Below are positions 28,481 to 40,834 of a DNA stretch of 64,000 bases, one piece after another; position 1 is the first letter of the stretch, and every line of letters starts with the position of its first letter. The stretch is from Octopus sinensis (lineage: Eukaryota): assembly GCF_006345805.1 (NCBI RefSeq), contig NC_042998.1:120466001-120530000 (forward strand), read 5' to 3'. A model generated the notes under the pieces. The model did not search any database, was not told the origin of the DNA, and was given only the letters and a program-made list of their open reading frames with translations. A program made the translations under genes and the position numbers.

Positions 28481-29679
28481 AACTGAGTTCAGGCAGTGCT
28501 GTGTATTATGTGTTCCCCACCCACGCATTACGTTAAATCTTTCTACACCAATGAAGCAAACTAAATCTCGTTGTGCACTGTTTGTTTCTCTACCCCACTT
28601 TTTCTGTAGTGCAGTGACACTTTACCCCCCCCCCCTCCCAACTATTTCATTGCTATCGTACTATTCCCTTACATACCCCTGTTCACCACTCACTCCATTC
28701 CTTTCTTCCGTCTTCTACTCATGTTTCACACTCTTGTGAATTCCTTATTCATTTATCCTGTCCAGTACTCTGTTACACTCCACTTGCATTCACCTTTTTG
28801 TACCTTGAAAGTACATCTTGGCACATCTTCACTGCCTTCTTTCTACCCCACTTCCTCTCACCCTCCACCTACTCCGCTGACTGAAGTAGCAATGTATCTC
28901 CTCTAGAGCAAGACACCAGTTTCTGTCCCACTTTCATATTTTAACCTCTCATCACCCCCCCCCCCAAAAAAAACTACTCCCCCTCTCAGTCAAGAAGATT
29001 TTTGTCTTGTAATTTACTTGGTGACATCACCAGTGCTGGTACCATGTTAGAAGCTTCCAGTATCAGTATACTCTACAAAGTGGCTGGCATTTGGAAGGAC
29101 ATCCAGCTGTAGAAACCATATGAAAGCAGACAGCAGAGCTTGGTGCAATCCTCTAGCTCACCAGCTCCTGTCAAACTATCCAACCTGTGTGAGCATGAAA
29201 AACAGACATTAAATGATGGCAAGGACATGTGTAATAATGTGAGAGTTGAGTAGATTCAAACTCCCATACCTATTTTATGTGACAACTTTTTGTTAAATCA
29301 CTTTTTAAACACAACCATAGAATATCAATAAACATTATAGTGTTTGACTATACTTTAAAATTTAAGACACATTATGGAGTGTTGGTAGTAATGGTTCACT
29401 AAAGGATCACTACAGGTTAAAACACCAAATTTATATATTCGGAACATGACATTTGCCAGTCATTGTTAGTCATTTGACTGACTCATTGCTTGCTAAAGGT
29501 TTGTATGATCATGACCAACATGGAACAACACAGCAACAACAAGACCAAATTTAGGAATTCTTGTGATTCTTAGAAACATGTTAAGGTTTATATATTTTAA
29601 GTATTTATTGAAAGTGATTTTTAAAATTTAATTAATTTTTATTCATTTATTTATTTATCTATTTATTTATTTATTGCAG

Positions 29680-29935
29680 TGTTCTTCAGATGTTACAGTT
29701 GTCATTGTTGACTATTCAGCTACATCTACATGGGACCTGAGTGTTCAGAAGGGTCAGCAAGTAGAACTAATAGATGTTTGCCCTCCTGGACAGCCGGAAT
29801 GGTGCCTTGTGCGTACATTACCTACCGAGGTGAAAGAGTCTAGTCAAGGTCTTGTTCCAATGTCTGCACTTAAACCGGTTCCAATTTTGAAAGTATCATC
29901 TGCTGCAGGGACGCGCACAAGTGCCGACTTAGATG
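29680..29935 (+). CDS. TRIO: Trio/Kalirin-family RhoGEF, SH3-domain exon (internal, phase 0 to phase 1)
   Basis: Acceptor ttattgcag|TGT at 29679/80 and donor GATG|gtaag at 29935/36; 256 nt. Encodes CSSDVTVVIVDYSATSTWDLSVQKGQQVELIDVCPPGQPEWCLVRTLPTEVKESSQGLVPMSALKPVPILKVSSAAGTRTSADLD. This matches the first SH3 of Trio/Kalirin (TVV..D(Y/F), GQ.VE, P.WCLVRT, GLVP). Confidence 0.93.
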
Positions 29936-30723
29936 GTAAGTTACTTTTGCTGGTTTTCTTTCTTTCCAACTAAATGTGTGTGTGTGTGTGTGTGTGCATG
30001 TGCGTACACATGTGAGAGAGAGAGATTGTAGTAGAATGTCATTAACAGATACACAGACAATTCTTGTGGCATTAAAATTACAAATGAAGATTTCATCCAT
30101 AATTTGAAATATTTTCTCACCACAGTTCTATATTTAAGAGATAAGGAATTATGTATATTATTTACATTTGACGGATATTTGTCCTTGTCTTGTTATGAAG
30201 AAAAGAGAAGATGAAACCAATAAACTGTCCTCGGTCTGTCTACCCTATGTGAAAGGCCTCTCAGAAAAGATGCAAAAGATGTTCGGCCCATATGACATCA
30301 GGACAGTATTCAAGAGTAATACAACACTTCACAGATATCTCCTTCGAGTAAAACCACCAATAGAAGAGAATATGGACCAAAGACTGCGTGTACTCCATCT
30401 CATGCAGCTGTGGTAGGTTATACAAAGGCGAAACATGCCACCCCCTCAAAATAAGGGTAGACGAACATTGCAAAGCTGTGACACGAGGAGATATTGATAA
30501 ATTGGATATAGCTGATCATGTATAGAAAAATGGAGACCACTTCCCCCTGTGGGATGAAGTGAAAATAATAGACAGAGAACACCACTGGAAAATATGAAGA
30601 CTAAAAGAAGCAGCACATATGCTAGGACACAGCAACCTCCTAAGCATATGGGAACCGGTATTAAGGAAGGATAGGAAAATATTAGATTTATAAGCCCTAA
30701 AATTCACTCCATAATTGCCCATG

Positions 30724-30781
30724 GGCATATGGTGTAGTGGTTAAGAGCGTGGGCTACTAACCCCAAGATTCCAAGTTCGAG
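30724..30781 (+). promoter_or_regulatory. tRNA-derived segment with Pol III A and B boxes
   Basis: TGGTGTAGTGG (A box, 30730-40), anticodon-loop-like CTACTAA, and GTTCGA (B box, 30775-80). No intact cloverleaf. Confidence 0.6.
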
Positions 30782-30864
30782 GCAGTGATCTGAATAATAA
30801 TAATGAAAACAATAACATCAAAAGATACCTTAGGAATGAGAACCCAGGTTCAAAATTTCCCTAA

Positions 30865-30910
30865 GACACCTGATGAAGGCTGGAGGGTTTATCAGCCGAA
30901 ACGTGGTGTT
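30865..30910 (+). ncRNA. Minimal type I hammerhead ribozyme motif (this copy probably inactive)
   Basis: Stem I gacac(30865-69)/gtgtt(30906-10); core CTGATGA 30870-76; extra A; stem II ggctg(30878-82)/cagcc(30893-97); GAAA 30898-901; palindromic ACGT minimal stem III. The cleavage triplet reads GTG, but H17 must be non-G. Confidence 0.72.
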
Positions 30911-31399
30911 AACTACAAACAAGTTGAGGACAAATATCCATCAAATGTAAATAATGAATTTTCTCACCATATACAGCTGGGACTTAATCATTTATGAATG
31001 TATACATACATGTGTGTGTTTGTGTGCATGTTTGTGTATGCATCAGCCAAATGTGGTCCATGCCAGGTCCGCCTGACTGGCTCCCATACCAATATCCCCT
31101 GACTGGCTCCTGTACAGTGCCATGCAAAAAGCACTATCTGAACATGATTGACTGGCTCGTGTGCCGGTGGCACATAAAAAGCACTATCCAAATGTGATCG
31201 ATGCCAGGCCTGCCTGACTGTCTCCTGTGCTGATGGTATCCAGCTGTACGAACATTACCAGATCAGATTTGAGCCTGGTGCAGTCACTGGCTCTCCAGAC
31301 CTAAGTCAAGCTGTCCAACCCATGCCAGCAGAGAAAACACATTAAATGATGATGATGAAGATATATATATATATATATATGTTTGTATATATGGATTGC

Positions 31400-31779
31400 T
31401 TCAAGGTCCGCTGTTAATTTCACACTGGTAGGTGACCATAGCTGTGAGCAGTAATCCAGGCGACTGAGGATGAATGTCCGCCAGAGCACCATTATGGTTT
31501 CCTTATCTATGGTTCTGAATGGTCTTAGGATCCATCCAGCCAGTCGTCTGCACTTTGTCACCATCCTGGTAATGTGCACATGGAAAGAGGTATCATCACT
31601 CATGTCAATACCCAGGTCCCTCACTGACTTAGGCTCTGGGATTGAAATTCCCTGTGGACTGGTGTACCCTGTAAGTTTCATATTCAGTTGTAGATGCTGT
31701 AGCGCAGGGCTTGGAATTTTTCAGCATTAAACTGCATATTATTATCCTCAGCCCATCTGTAAATTGAGTCCAATTCCTG

Positions 31780-31785
<6 letters not shown>
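31400..31785 (-). mobile_element. CR1/L2-type LINE RT C-terminal fragment
   Basis: QELDSIYRWAEDNNMQFNAEKFQAL...SVRDLGIDMSDD...ILRPFRT...LSRLDYCSQLWSP. Confidence 0.85.
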
Positions 31786-31813
<28 letters not shown>

Positions 31814-31814
31814 T

Positions 31815-32170
31815 CATCCAGTTTCGGCTCACAAGCTGTGGCCACCACCATTTGGTGTTGCTACATAATTTTACTTCATGAATGCTTTTTAGCAATTGAC
31901 ATTTGGTGCATGAGAGAGTTTGATGCAGCTGCCCTCATCTGCACCTCCTGCCGCGAAGTTGGTTCATCTGGGACACCTGACAGGAAGAGGTCCAGCTTTA
32001 TTTTGAAGACACCTACATCCACCCTATGCAGGTCTCTCAGGTCCTTCGGGAAGATATTGAAGAGCTGTGGACCTCTGAAGCCCAGGCTATTGCACTATCT
32101 TGTCCTATATCTTGATGGCAAATTTGGAGTGCTTGGCATATGTAAAATGCACCAACCAATCGTGACCAAT
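31815..32170 (-). mobile_element. CR1/L2-type LINE terminal ORF2 / 3' UTR fragment
   Basis: PSRYRTR*CNSLGFRGPQLFNIFPKDLRDL...FKIKLDLFLSGVPDEP...AAASNSL on the minus strand. Confidence 0.7.
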
Positions 32171-32844
32171 GCCAGTATCCCCTGACTGGCTCTTGTGCCG
32201 GTGGCACGTAAAAAGCACCATCTGAAAAGGATCATTGCCAGGCCCACCTTACTGACTCCTGTGTTGGTGGCATGTAAAAAGCACCCACTACACTCTTAGA
32301 GTGGTTGGCATTAGGAAGGGCATCCAGCTGTAGAAACTCTGCCAGACCAGATTGGAGTCTGGTGCAGCCGCTGGCTCTCCAGACATCAGTCAAACTGTCC
32401 AACCCTCGCCAGTATGGAAAACGGATGTTAATCAATGATGATGATATATATATATAAAGAGAGGGATGTGTGTGTGTGTATTGTGATATAGGTTATACTG
32501 GTAGTTTATTTATTTTGTTGCCTATTATGATATCGGTTGTACTGGTAGTATATTTATGCAATGGCGAAGATATATTGTAAGACCTCTCTTAAGGATATAC
32601 CTACACCGTCATGTAAGGAATTATTTATTTAATTAAATAATTAAAATAGATATTCTCTTAGTAATTAAGCAGAAACATATGTCGGAAAATTATATGAATA
32701 AATAAATTAAGGATTATTATATTTATTTCCATTGTCTACCTTATTACATTTTCTTGGGACCTACTGCATTAAGAATTTTAACTGGAATTAATACTACGTG
32801 TAGTCAGAACCAAATTTGAGACTGAATTGCTATCTACCTGGACT

Positions 32845-32913
<69 letters not shown>

Positions 32914-32914
<1 letters not shown>

Positions 32915-33400
32915 AGGGTGCATAAGAACAGATTTATGTTTATAAAAAAAAACATGTAATAACAGATAATAACTTTATTTATCAAAAAATGCTATGAGGA
33001 TAAAAATAAACCTTTTCTATGCTATTCAATAAAGCCACCTTCAGCTTCAACAACTGCTCCTGTATGAGATCTAAATCATCTACATACTCGAATCAATTGG
33101 TCCTGGTTCATTTGGGATATAACTCAGACTATAGCAGCTTTCAAAGAATCTTTGGTATTATGAGCGTGTTCATTGACCTCTCTCTCAACAATACTCTACA
33201 TGTAATAGTCCAATGGATTGAGATCTGGGGAATTTGGAGGCCAAATGTTATGGGTTATGTGATCATGAAAATTTTCAGTCATCCATTCCTGTGTTACTAG
33301 AGCCATGTGTGATAGTGCAGAGTCTTATTGAAACACATATGGTCTTCCATTGCATACAGTGTCTATCCAAGGCTTAACAATTATTTTTCTCTCTCATATT
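32914..33400 (-). mobile_element. Tc1/mariner-superfamily transposase 3' remnant
   Basis: Minus strand reads YVFQ*DSALSH...TQEWMTENF...IWPPNSPDLNPLDYYM*SIVE...AVVEAEGGFIE*, containing the WPPNSPDLNP catalytic-end motif. Confidence 0.85.
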
Positions 33401-33977
33401 TCCCTAATCATGTGCATATTGCCAGTAATCAAAGAGTCACTATTCACATAAATGCAAAAGGAGCAGCATCTGGCTGTAGAAAAATCTACTTCAGTGAAGT
33501 TGTCTAATCAATGCAAGCATAAATATGTGGATATTAGGATGATGATGACGAAGACAGTGACAATGGCATCAATGCATGGCTGTGTGTTTATGAAGTTCAT
33601 TTTGAAATGACATTGTACTGGGCACATTCCTGCTGTGTAGACCTTGGGCAAGTGACTTCTGTTACAACTTCAGGCTGACCATTGTATGTGCATATGTGTA
33701 TGTGATTTTTTATATGTACTCATTAACATCACTTATGTAAAGAATAATGTATAGACATGCTGAATGAAAATATCTTACTAGAAAAACAGGCATGAGTTGG
33801 TGATAATAGGAAAGCATCCAGTCACAGAAAATCTGCTTCAACAAGTTTCATTTAACTCATACCAACATGCACAAATGAATGTAAAAACAATGTTGGTGAC
33901 AATGACATACTCATCTTAATTTATGAAGCATTGACTTTAAAAGGTAATTTTATTATTTCCATGTTTTCTCTCAACAG

Positions 33978-34077
33978 ATTCCTCCAGTAATTCCAATGAG
34001 CCAAGTCCAAATGCTTCAAATGCTTCACTTAATAATTCTTCAGCATCCCCCGTTACCAAAAGACGCAGTAGTTTCCG
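33978..34077 (+). CDS. TRIO: Trio/Kalirin linker exon after SH3 (phase 1 to phase 2)
   Basis: Acceptor ttttctctcaacag|AT and donor TTCCG|gtaagt; 100 nt. In frame with the SH3 exon (G+AT = Asp). Encodes DSSSNSNEPSPNASNASLNNSSASPVTKRRSSFR, resembling the SP..KR linker that precedes KWL in Trio/Kalirin. Confidence 0.86.
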
Positions 34078-36447
34078 GTAAGTGCCATCTCAATAGTAGA
34101 GTGGTTAGTTTCCCCCTCGTTATCATTACTTGAGATTATTGTAAAACTGTCTTTTTGTGTTAATGACTATAATGAAAAAATGATATTAATCCTTCCATCT
34201 TTGTATTTTAGTGATTTCAGGGATTTTGTTTTCTGTATCTAGTCACAGACTTATTATTCTTTCAACCTGACATTTATTTAACCAAAATCCCATTCACAAA
34301 TTATGGATAAAATTTTTTTTATTCTTTGTATGTGTGTTATGCGGAGGTCTGTAGCCTAGAGGTTAGGATATTGCATTCACAATTGCAAAGTTATGATTTC
34401 CATTCCTGGACTGGATGGTGCATTGTGTTCACTTCATGTTACTCTGCGATCACTTTGACATCTGACATGTGGCATACCATGCAATATAGATTCAATGGAG
34501 GGTGGGAGCTGATGTGCAAGCGTTTGACCACTATAAACAAGTCATCTGTACAGGTTGTTTAGCAAGAAGTTCTGGAGTCCTTATCTGTCATTTACAATGG
34601 GAGAATCTACAACACATGAATATTTCTGGAATGGAGAATGGGTTAGAAATATTGTTAATCAGGCACCAAAGTCCTTTTGTACATCCAGGATATAGAGGTG
34701 GCTGTTGTAGTGTAGATATATGATGTTGTCTTTGAACTTTGGTGAACACAATGTTTTGTGAAACAGTGTTCACTGTAAAGACTGACCAGCTGTATGTCTA
34801 TTTCTGTTTCCACTTGAAAACAGCATTTTATCTGATTTATCTCAATAATATCTTTCAGAAAAGCATGAGTCCTCCCTTGAGGTTGTTAATGAAAAGACAA
34901 CACTTTGATATTGGGTGGAAGAATCAGAGTTGATCTCTGATGATTGGGTGGAAAAACCAAAATTGTTCTTCGATAATTCAACAAATTGTCAGGAAAGGAG
35001 CAATAAATACACTACAATCTTTGGCATTTTATACTTTTGCCTATTCTATTATTACTGTAGTGGTACCCTTTTATTCTGCTGAACTAGCGAGTTGCATACT
35101 ACTACCACCCCAATCTCTTCCTCTCATCACCTACATTGTGTCCCCTTCTCAGGTGTTACATTAACTATTTTGCTTTATCTTGTCCTGTCCTACACTCTCA
35201 ATGTCAACTCACTGAAATTCCCTCCTCACATATGTTTTACCTGCAGGCATCAACTTTATGATGTTCAAGCTGAATATCAGTTTTGTTGAGTCATGGATGA
35301 CCTGATAAGATATTGAACACTTGTATTAATCTCTAAACTGCAGAGAATACTACACTCTATTTTGTTCACTACACACACTTGTGGGATTGACTTAAAATAT
35401 TCACTGGTTCAATATCTATCAGTGGTTATTAGTTGTATAGACATATTCAAAACTATATAGGACATCATTGCTAATCCCCTTTACATAAAAGACTGAACTG
35501 GACATAACATCATTTCTGAATCCTTCTGGTCTCTCGGGCTACAAAATTCCATTATCACGTTCAAACACTACATACAACTTTTTCATCCCTCTCCCCCCAC
35601 CACCACACTTGTAAAACATTCTTGCTGGATGAATTAATAATTCCTACGACTTCCATTTTTAATATTAAGCTTATTTTTCATCTGAGAAAAATTGTAATTA
35701 ACCATGTTCATTTTCTCCTTCCCTTTCTTTTATCTTTCATCAATCCCATCCTCATCATCACTTCATTTAAAAAGAATTCTTTAAGAATTGAAAGTTAATA
35801 AAACAAATTTTGCTAATAGTTTGGTGAGATCCCTCCTTCAGGATTCTATGTATTTTCTTACAGCTGATATACCACTTCATATATTCATCTCTTTGTTTCA
35901 TGGCTACCGGAATTAATTCTGTATATTTAAAAGTAATTCAACAGCACAAGAAGGAAGTATTTATGCAAACTAAGAAAATTTAAAACATTAGAGCCCTAAT
36001 GAATTTACCTTATTTAAAGATGCTAAAATTAGCCCAGTCTCTTAAAGAAGAGGATTAGAGTTAATTGAATAAAAGATCTATAATTTGAAATCCTGAATAG
36101 AAACTTGAAAACTTTACTGAGATCTTCCCATCTTTATTTTATTATCTACCTATTTTACAGTTATAAAATTTTATCATACTCTTACTCAAACACAGTCACA
36201 TTTTTCCAAAGTTCCTATTTAGAATATTAACCAATTTTATGTACTTTAAAAATTTTTTTTTTTACTATAAGCCAAATTGGAAAGAAGTGTGGAATTACAC
36301 ATGAAACAAATGAAAATATATTTCTAATATATATCACCTGTATATAAAAGAATATCATAGAAAGCTCAATTGTTTTCTTTTAATTTTTGGCATGCCATTT
36401 TTCCCATATATATATATTTTCAAACTTGGTCATTATTCATTAAATAG

Positions 36448-36498
36448 GATGCCAAAATTCAAAACCAGGACCATGCCTACTTCAGCAAAACCGACAAG
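36448..36498 (+). CDS. Candidate 51-nt symmetric cassette exon of Trio (phase 2-2)
   Basis: cattaaatag|G ATG CCA AAA TTC AAA ACC AGG ACC ATG CCT ACT TCA GCA AAA CCG ACA AG|gtatga. Length is a multiple of 3, it has no stops, and its phase matches both flanking exons. Inserts MPKFKTRTMPTSAKPTR between SSFR and KWL. Confidence 0.5.
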
Positions 36499-37289
36499 GT
36501 ATGAAAATAAATTTATCATATTAAAAACAGGATATGACTAGTCTAGCTTCCAAGAGTGGTAAAGATCCTCCTTTTAGATTTTCAGCCCAACACAAGTGAA
36601 GGATCTCAATGCTTGCACCACTCCACACATCAGCAAAGTGCACTTAGAGTTCTTTTCTCATTCTTAATAATCAGCAAAAGGGGAATGTCATTAAATGGTT
36701 TTCAAACTAGTCATTGCATGGCAACTCTCTTGCAGAAATCCCACTCAAAGGAAATAATATCTAACAAACTGCTTGCTTTCTAAGTGTCTTTTAAATAACT
36801 TCTTTCTTTTTTAATTTCATATCTGCTAAACTTTATATTTGTTTCAGTGTTTGCATGTTGACAATCAAATAGAGCTTTTCTTTTTCATTTTGTTTTACCC
36901 AATAATAATAATAATCTATGGCTTTTTTATAATTTTACTCAAATTCATATCTAAACCAGCATCCACAATCACTGCAGTAAATTGATAGAAAAATCTATAA
37001 ATAAAGTATATGTACCTTGATAAAACCAGTTTACCAGGATGAGAGATACATACCTTGTGGGCTTTTCATTTTAGAAATATTATTCCAGCCATCTTAGAAT
37101 CTGTTTATCACAGCAATCTCTGTATTTTCATTGAAATTATTACCAACACATAAGCAATACTTTACTTTTCTGTTTCATTGTCAAGTAGTTTTAGAATGGT
37201 TTTTCATTGTTTTAAAAGCATGTTTAAGCTTTAATCTGCTGTAGTTTTTAAAACATTGGCTCAACAGTTTTTTGTTTTATTTCTGCCTG

Positions 37290-37291
<2 letters not shown>

Positions 37292-37354
<63 letters not shown>

Positions 37355-37362
37355 CATCATCA

Positions 37363-37402
<40 letters not shown>
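37292..37402. repeat. (ATT)n microsatellite
   Basis: Directly visible; source of the poly-Ile ORF. Confidence 0.95.
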
Positions 37403-37403
<1 letters not shown>

Positions 37404-38405
37404 TTTATGCTTTATTATTGTTGTACTAGTTTTTATTACTTTTACATTATATTTAACATTTCAGTTTTGCCTATGAAATCTGATTAACACCCCCTAGTTA
37501 AATTTAAGCATAGACTTTAGTAGTGCTGGTCAGCTGTCCTAGAACAGACCTGAACTTAGTGTTTAAATCTGATGTCTGTCCCCAGCAGTACCAATTACAA
37601 ACACAGTGTAGCATAGCTATGACTCAGATCCTTATAAACTCAACTGATAGATTCATTTTTAACTGAATATACAACATTTCTGTCTTTGGTAGCACCTACA
37701 TATTACACAGCTTGGAATCAACAAAAGACCACAGTTTATGTTGGTTGATATTATTGAGAGAATAAGCAGCTCTGTACATATTTCATCATCATAATCATTA
37801 TCAACATCAACAGAAATGAGACAACACACACTCTCACACACACACAGTACTGAGCATTAGTACCCATCTCATCCTCATACATTTAATTTCATACTCTAAA
37901 TTTTATTATTCTTCTGCCTCTGAAATGTTTTGAATTAAATGAATTGCATGCAGCTATTTAATGTGTGTACCATTGAGACCACTATATATTTCCATTTCTT
38001 AACAAATATGTTTTTGTGTTATCACCATCAACATCTAGAATAAATTCTTGAAAACTTTCCAATCTTCAGGTTTGTTACATTCTATCATTGAGCATTATAA
38101 TACACCTGGTATCAAATTTCATTGATTTCTCTCTCACTATATATGTATGTGTGTGTCTACATACATACATACATACATGATCATTGCTTTAATGTCTACT
38201 TGTCCATATGCATCAGATGAAATTTAGTGTAGTAGATTTTTATCTACCACCCTTTATATGTCACCAACTCTCACCTTTTCCAAGCTGAGTAGTATTTCCC
38301 CTAGTCTGAATCTTTTTCCTTTTTCATGGTGTCATTTGTTGACTATTAGCAGGTAAGTCAGACCAAGGGTGCACACATGTACACACACACAAACACACAA
38401 TTTTT

Positions 38406-39745
38406 GTTTCAATTCAATTCAATTTTTATTGGCTCAAAAAGCAAAAGCAAGGCCATGTAAGGGGACAGGGAGGGTGGTCTTACAAAGAGTTCAGGCTATT
38501 TCTGGTCAAGAGAGACTTTGAACCAAGCGGTCGTCGGCATCTTCCCTATCTCCTCCGGCAGCTTATTCCACGGATCCACAACCCGGACGGAGAAAGATCC
38601 CTCTCCTTCGATTGAGATGAAATCGTCGTAGATAGAGCTTTTCGGAGTGACCCCGCAGCCCACACTCTAGAGCAGGAGTGAAGAACAGCCCTTTCAAGAG
38701 GTTACACTTTCTGCTTATGATGCTGTGAGCGACAATGAGATCACCACGGCGGCGGCGTTTTTCGAGAGAATAAACGTCGAGCATCTTCAGCCTTTCTTCA
38801 TAAGACAAATGCTTGAGACCAAGAACCATGCGGGTAGCCAGCTTCCGGACTCTTTCGAGATGCTGTATGTCTTTGAGGAGATAAGGAGAAGAGGCTTGAA
38901 TCCCGTACAGCGTGACATAGAGCGGTAGGAATATGGCTACAGTGAGCATTCCGAATGACCATCGAATCAAAAACAGAACTCTGCATGCTTTGTTGGCTGC
39001 ATGGATGCATTGGGCCGAAGGCGAAAAGGAAGAATCCACCAAGATACCCAGGTCCTTTACTTGGTCGGTCTTCTCCAGCAGCAGACGACCCAACTCGAAA
39101 TCAAGTTGAGTTGCAGGAGAGGAGCCAACAGGCAGATGACAGCACTTTGACACAGGTCCCATTCATTTGACCATCTCCAAACTTGGTGGAGGCATTGACA
39201 AAGATCATCTATATCACTGCGAGGAGCGACCAGTTTGACATCGTCGGCAAATAGAAGGGCGTGTTGCATGAGGTCATCGAGCAAGTCATTGATGAAGACT
39301 AAAAACAATAACGGCCCAAGCACTGAACCTTGAGGCACGCCACTGCTCGCACTGGAGACATCGGACAGTGAACCATTAACTTGGACTTGGAAGGTGCGAT
39401 CTGAGAGGAAGGCACCAACCCATCGTACAATATCCAGATGGAAATGATATGCTTGAAGCTTATCAAAAAGCAAAAGCAAGGCCATGTAAGGGGACAGGGA
39501 GGGTGGTCTTACAATAGAGTTCAGGCTATTTCTGGTCAAGAGAGACTTTGAATAGGCGGTGGTTAACTGAGTCAAAAGCTTTGGCAAAGTCCAATAAAAC
39601 GATGTCAACAACAACACCATCATCCAGGATGATGGTGATGCTGTGCACTGAATTCACTCATTAGGCTTTGGTTGACTTAGAACCAACTTTCTCAAGTTGC
39701 CGCACAGTCAAATTGAACTTGAAGCCATGGCTATACATGTTGGAA
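38406..39745 (-). mobile_element. CR1/L2-type LINE, 5'-truncated RT region to 3' end
   Basis: DIVLLDFAKAFDSVNH, GVPQGSVLGPLLFLVFINDL, LFADDVKLV, KDLGILVD, LSYEERLKML, RRRRGDLI, LRGHSEKL. 3' end on the minus strand has AATAAA plus an (ATTGA)3 tail. Frameshifts present. Confidence 0.92.
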
Positions 39746-40834
39746 GAGAAAAAAAATTATATTGCACAAAATATCAGAAAAACAGTTAAACAAATAAATC
39801 ATGAATAGGGCTCATTAAGTGAAGAATAATACTAATAATTAGACAAGAAGCTCGGCAACAGTACTAGTAATTTCTTATGCAATTAAATCAAGAGAACATT
39901 TAAATAAGTAAATTAGGAATAATAATCACTAAGTTAATGGATATCAATTAATAGTCATAGTAATATAGGTTGTAGAGTGACATAAAGAGTGTGAAAATAA
40001 AGGCAGGAATGAGTGGCCTCAAGGAAAGAGAACAACAACTGTTATAGGATGATGAGAGAATATTAGGAGATAGAGTAGAGCTGGGAAATATTTAAAAGAG
40101 TATTAATTTTCAAGAAAAAATACATAGCAATGGTGGTAGGTTAGAAAATATGAGAAAACAGAAGGAATAAAGTGTAAAAGAGAAAATTATTGAAGTCTGC
40201 AAATATTTGTTGCTTAAAGATAGGTAGATAGTTGATCAAGGCTTCATAAAATCAATAATAGATCATGGTTAGTGAAAAATAAACTGTTGGCTGTTCCACC
40301 AAACTACTAGATTATCAGGAAGTAGGTAAGATAGAAAAAAGGAAATTAGGAAGATCTCTCACTCTCTCTCTCTCTCCACACACACACACACACACACACA
40401 CAACCTTTACATTCATTTTCGGGAAACGTTTTTGAGTATGCTTATAAAAGCTCTTATCACCACATACACACCTCCCTCTCTTTATAATTACCTTTCTTTT
40501 CCCTCTATCCATTCTCTTCTACCTCCTCCCCACTAAATGCTCACAGAACTGCCCACATACCCCAATCAACTTTTTCATTGGTCAAAATTGATAAACAACC
40601 TTCAGTTATACATTCACTGCTTCCAATGGTAATGTCATATCACCTGAGGAAATGAACACATGAATATAATCTACCTGATGTCCATGGATACTACAGCCTG
40701 TATTGTAATCATCCCATGAATATGGACTATGATCATAAGAAACATGTAATTTGTGGAAATGCACATAGCGATGCATTAAATCCATTCATGGATAATTGTT
40801 ATTACTATATATATATATATACTATATATATATG

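Larger units (their letters stand above)
30195..30960 (+). mobile_element. Penelope-like retroelement, 3' fragment (end of RT/linker + GIY-YIG endonuclease + 3' terminal region), decayed
   Basis: Frameshifted translation: VCLPYVKGLSEKMQKMFGPYDIRTVFKSNTTL...KPP / DCVYSISCSCGRLYKGETCHPLKIRVDEH...IADHV*...WDEVKIIDREHHWKI*RLKEAAHM. This is the typical PLE C-terminus (VY..C.CG..Y.GET, R..EH, KEA). Confidence 0.85.

Noticed and set aside
30724-30800. Functional tRNA gene
   Set aside because: The acceptor and T stems cannot be completed and the anticodon stem is mismatched; it is a tRNA-derived repeat head.
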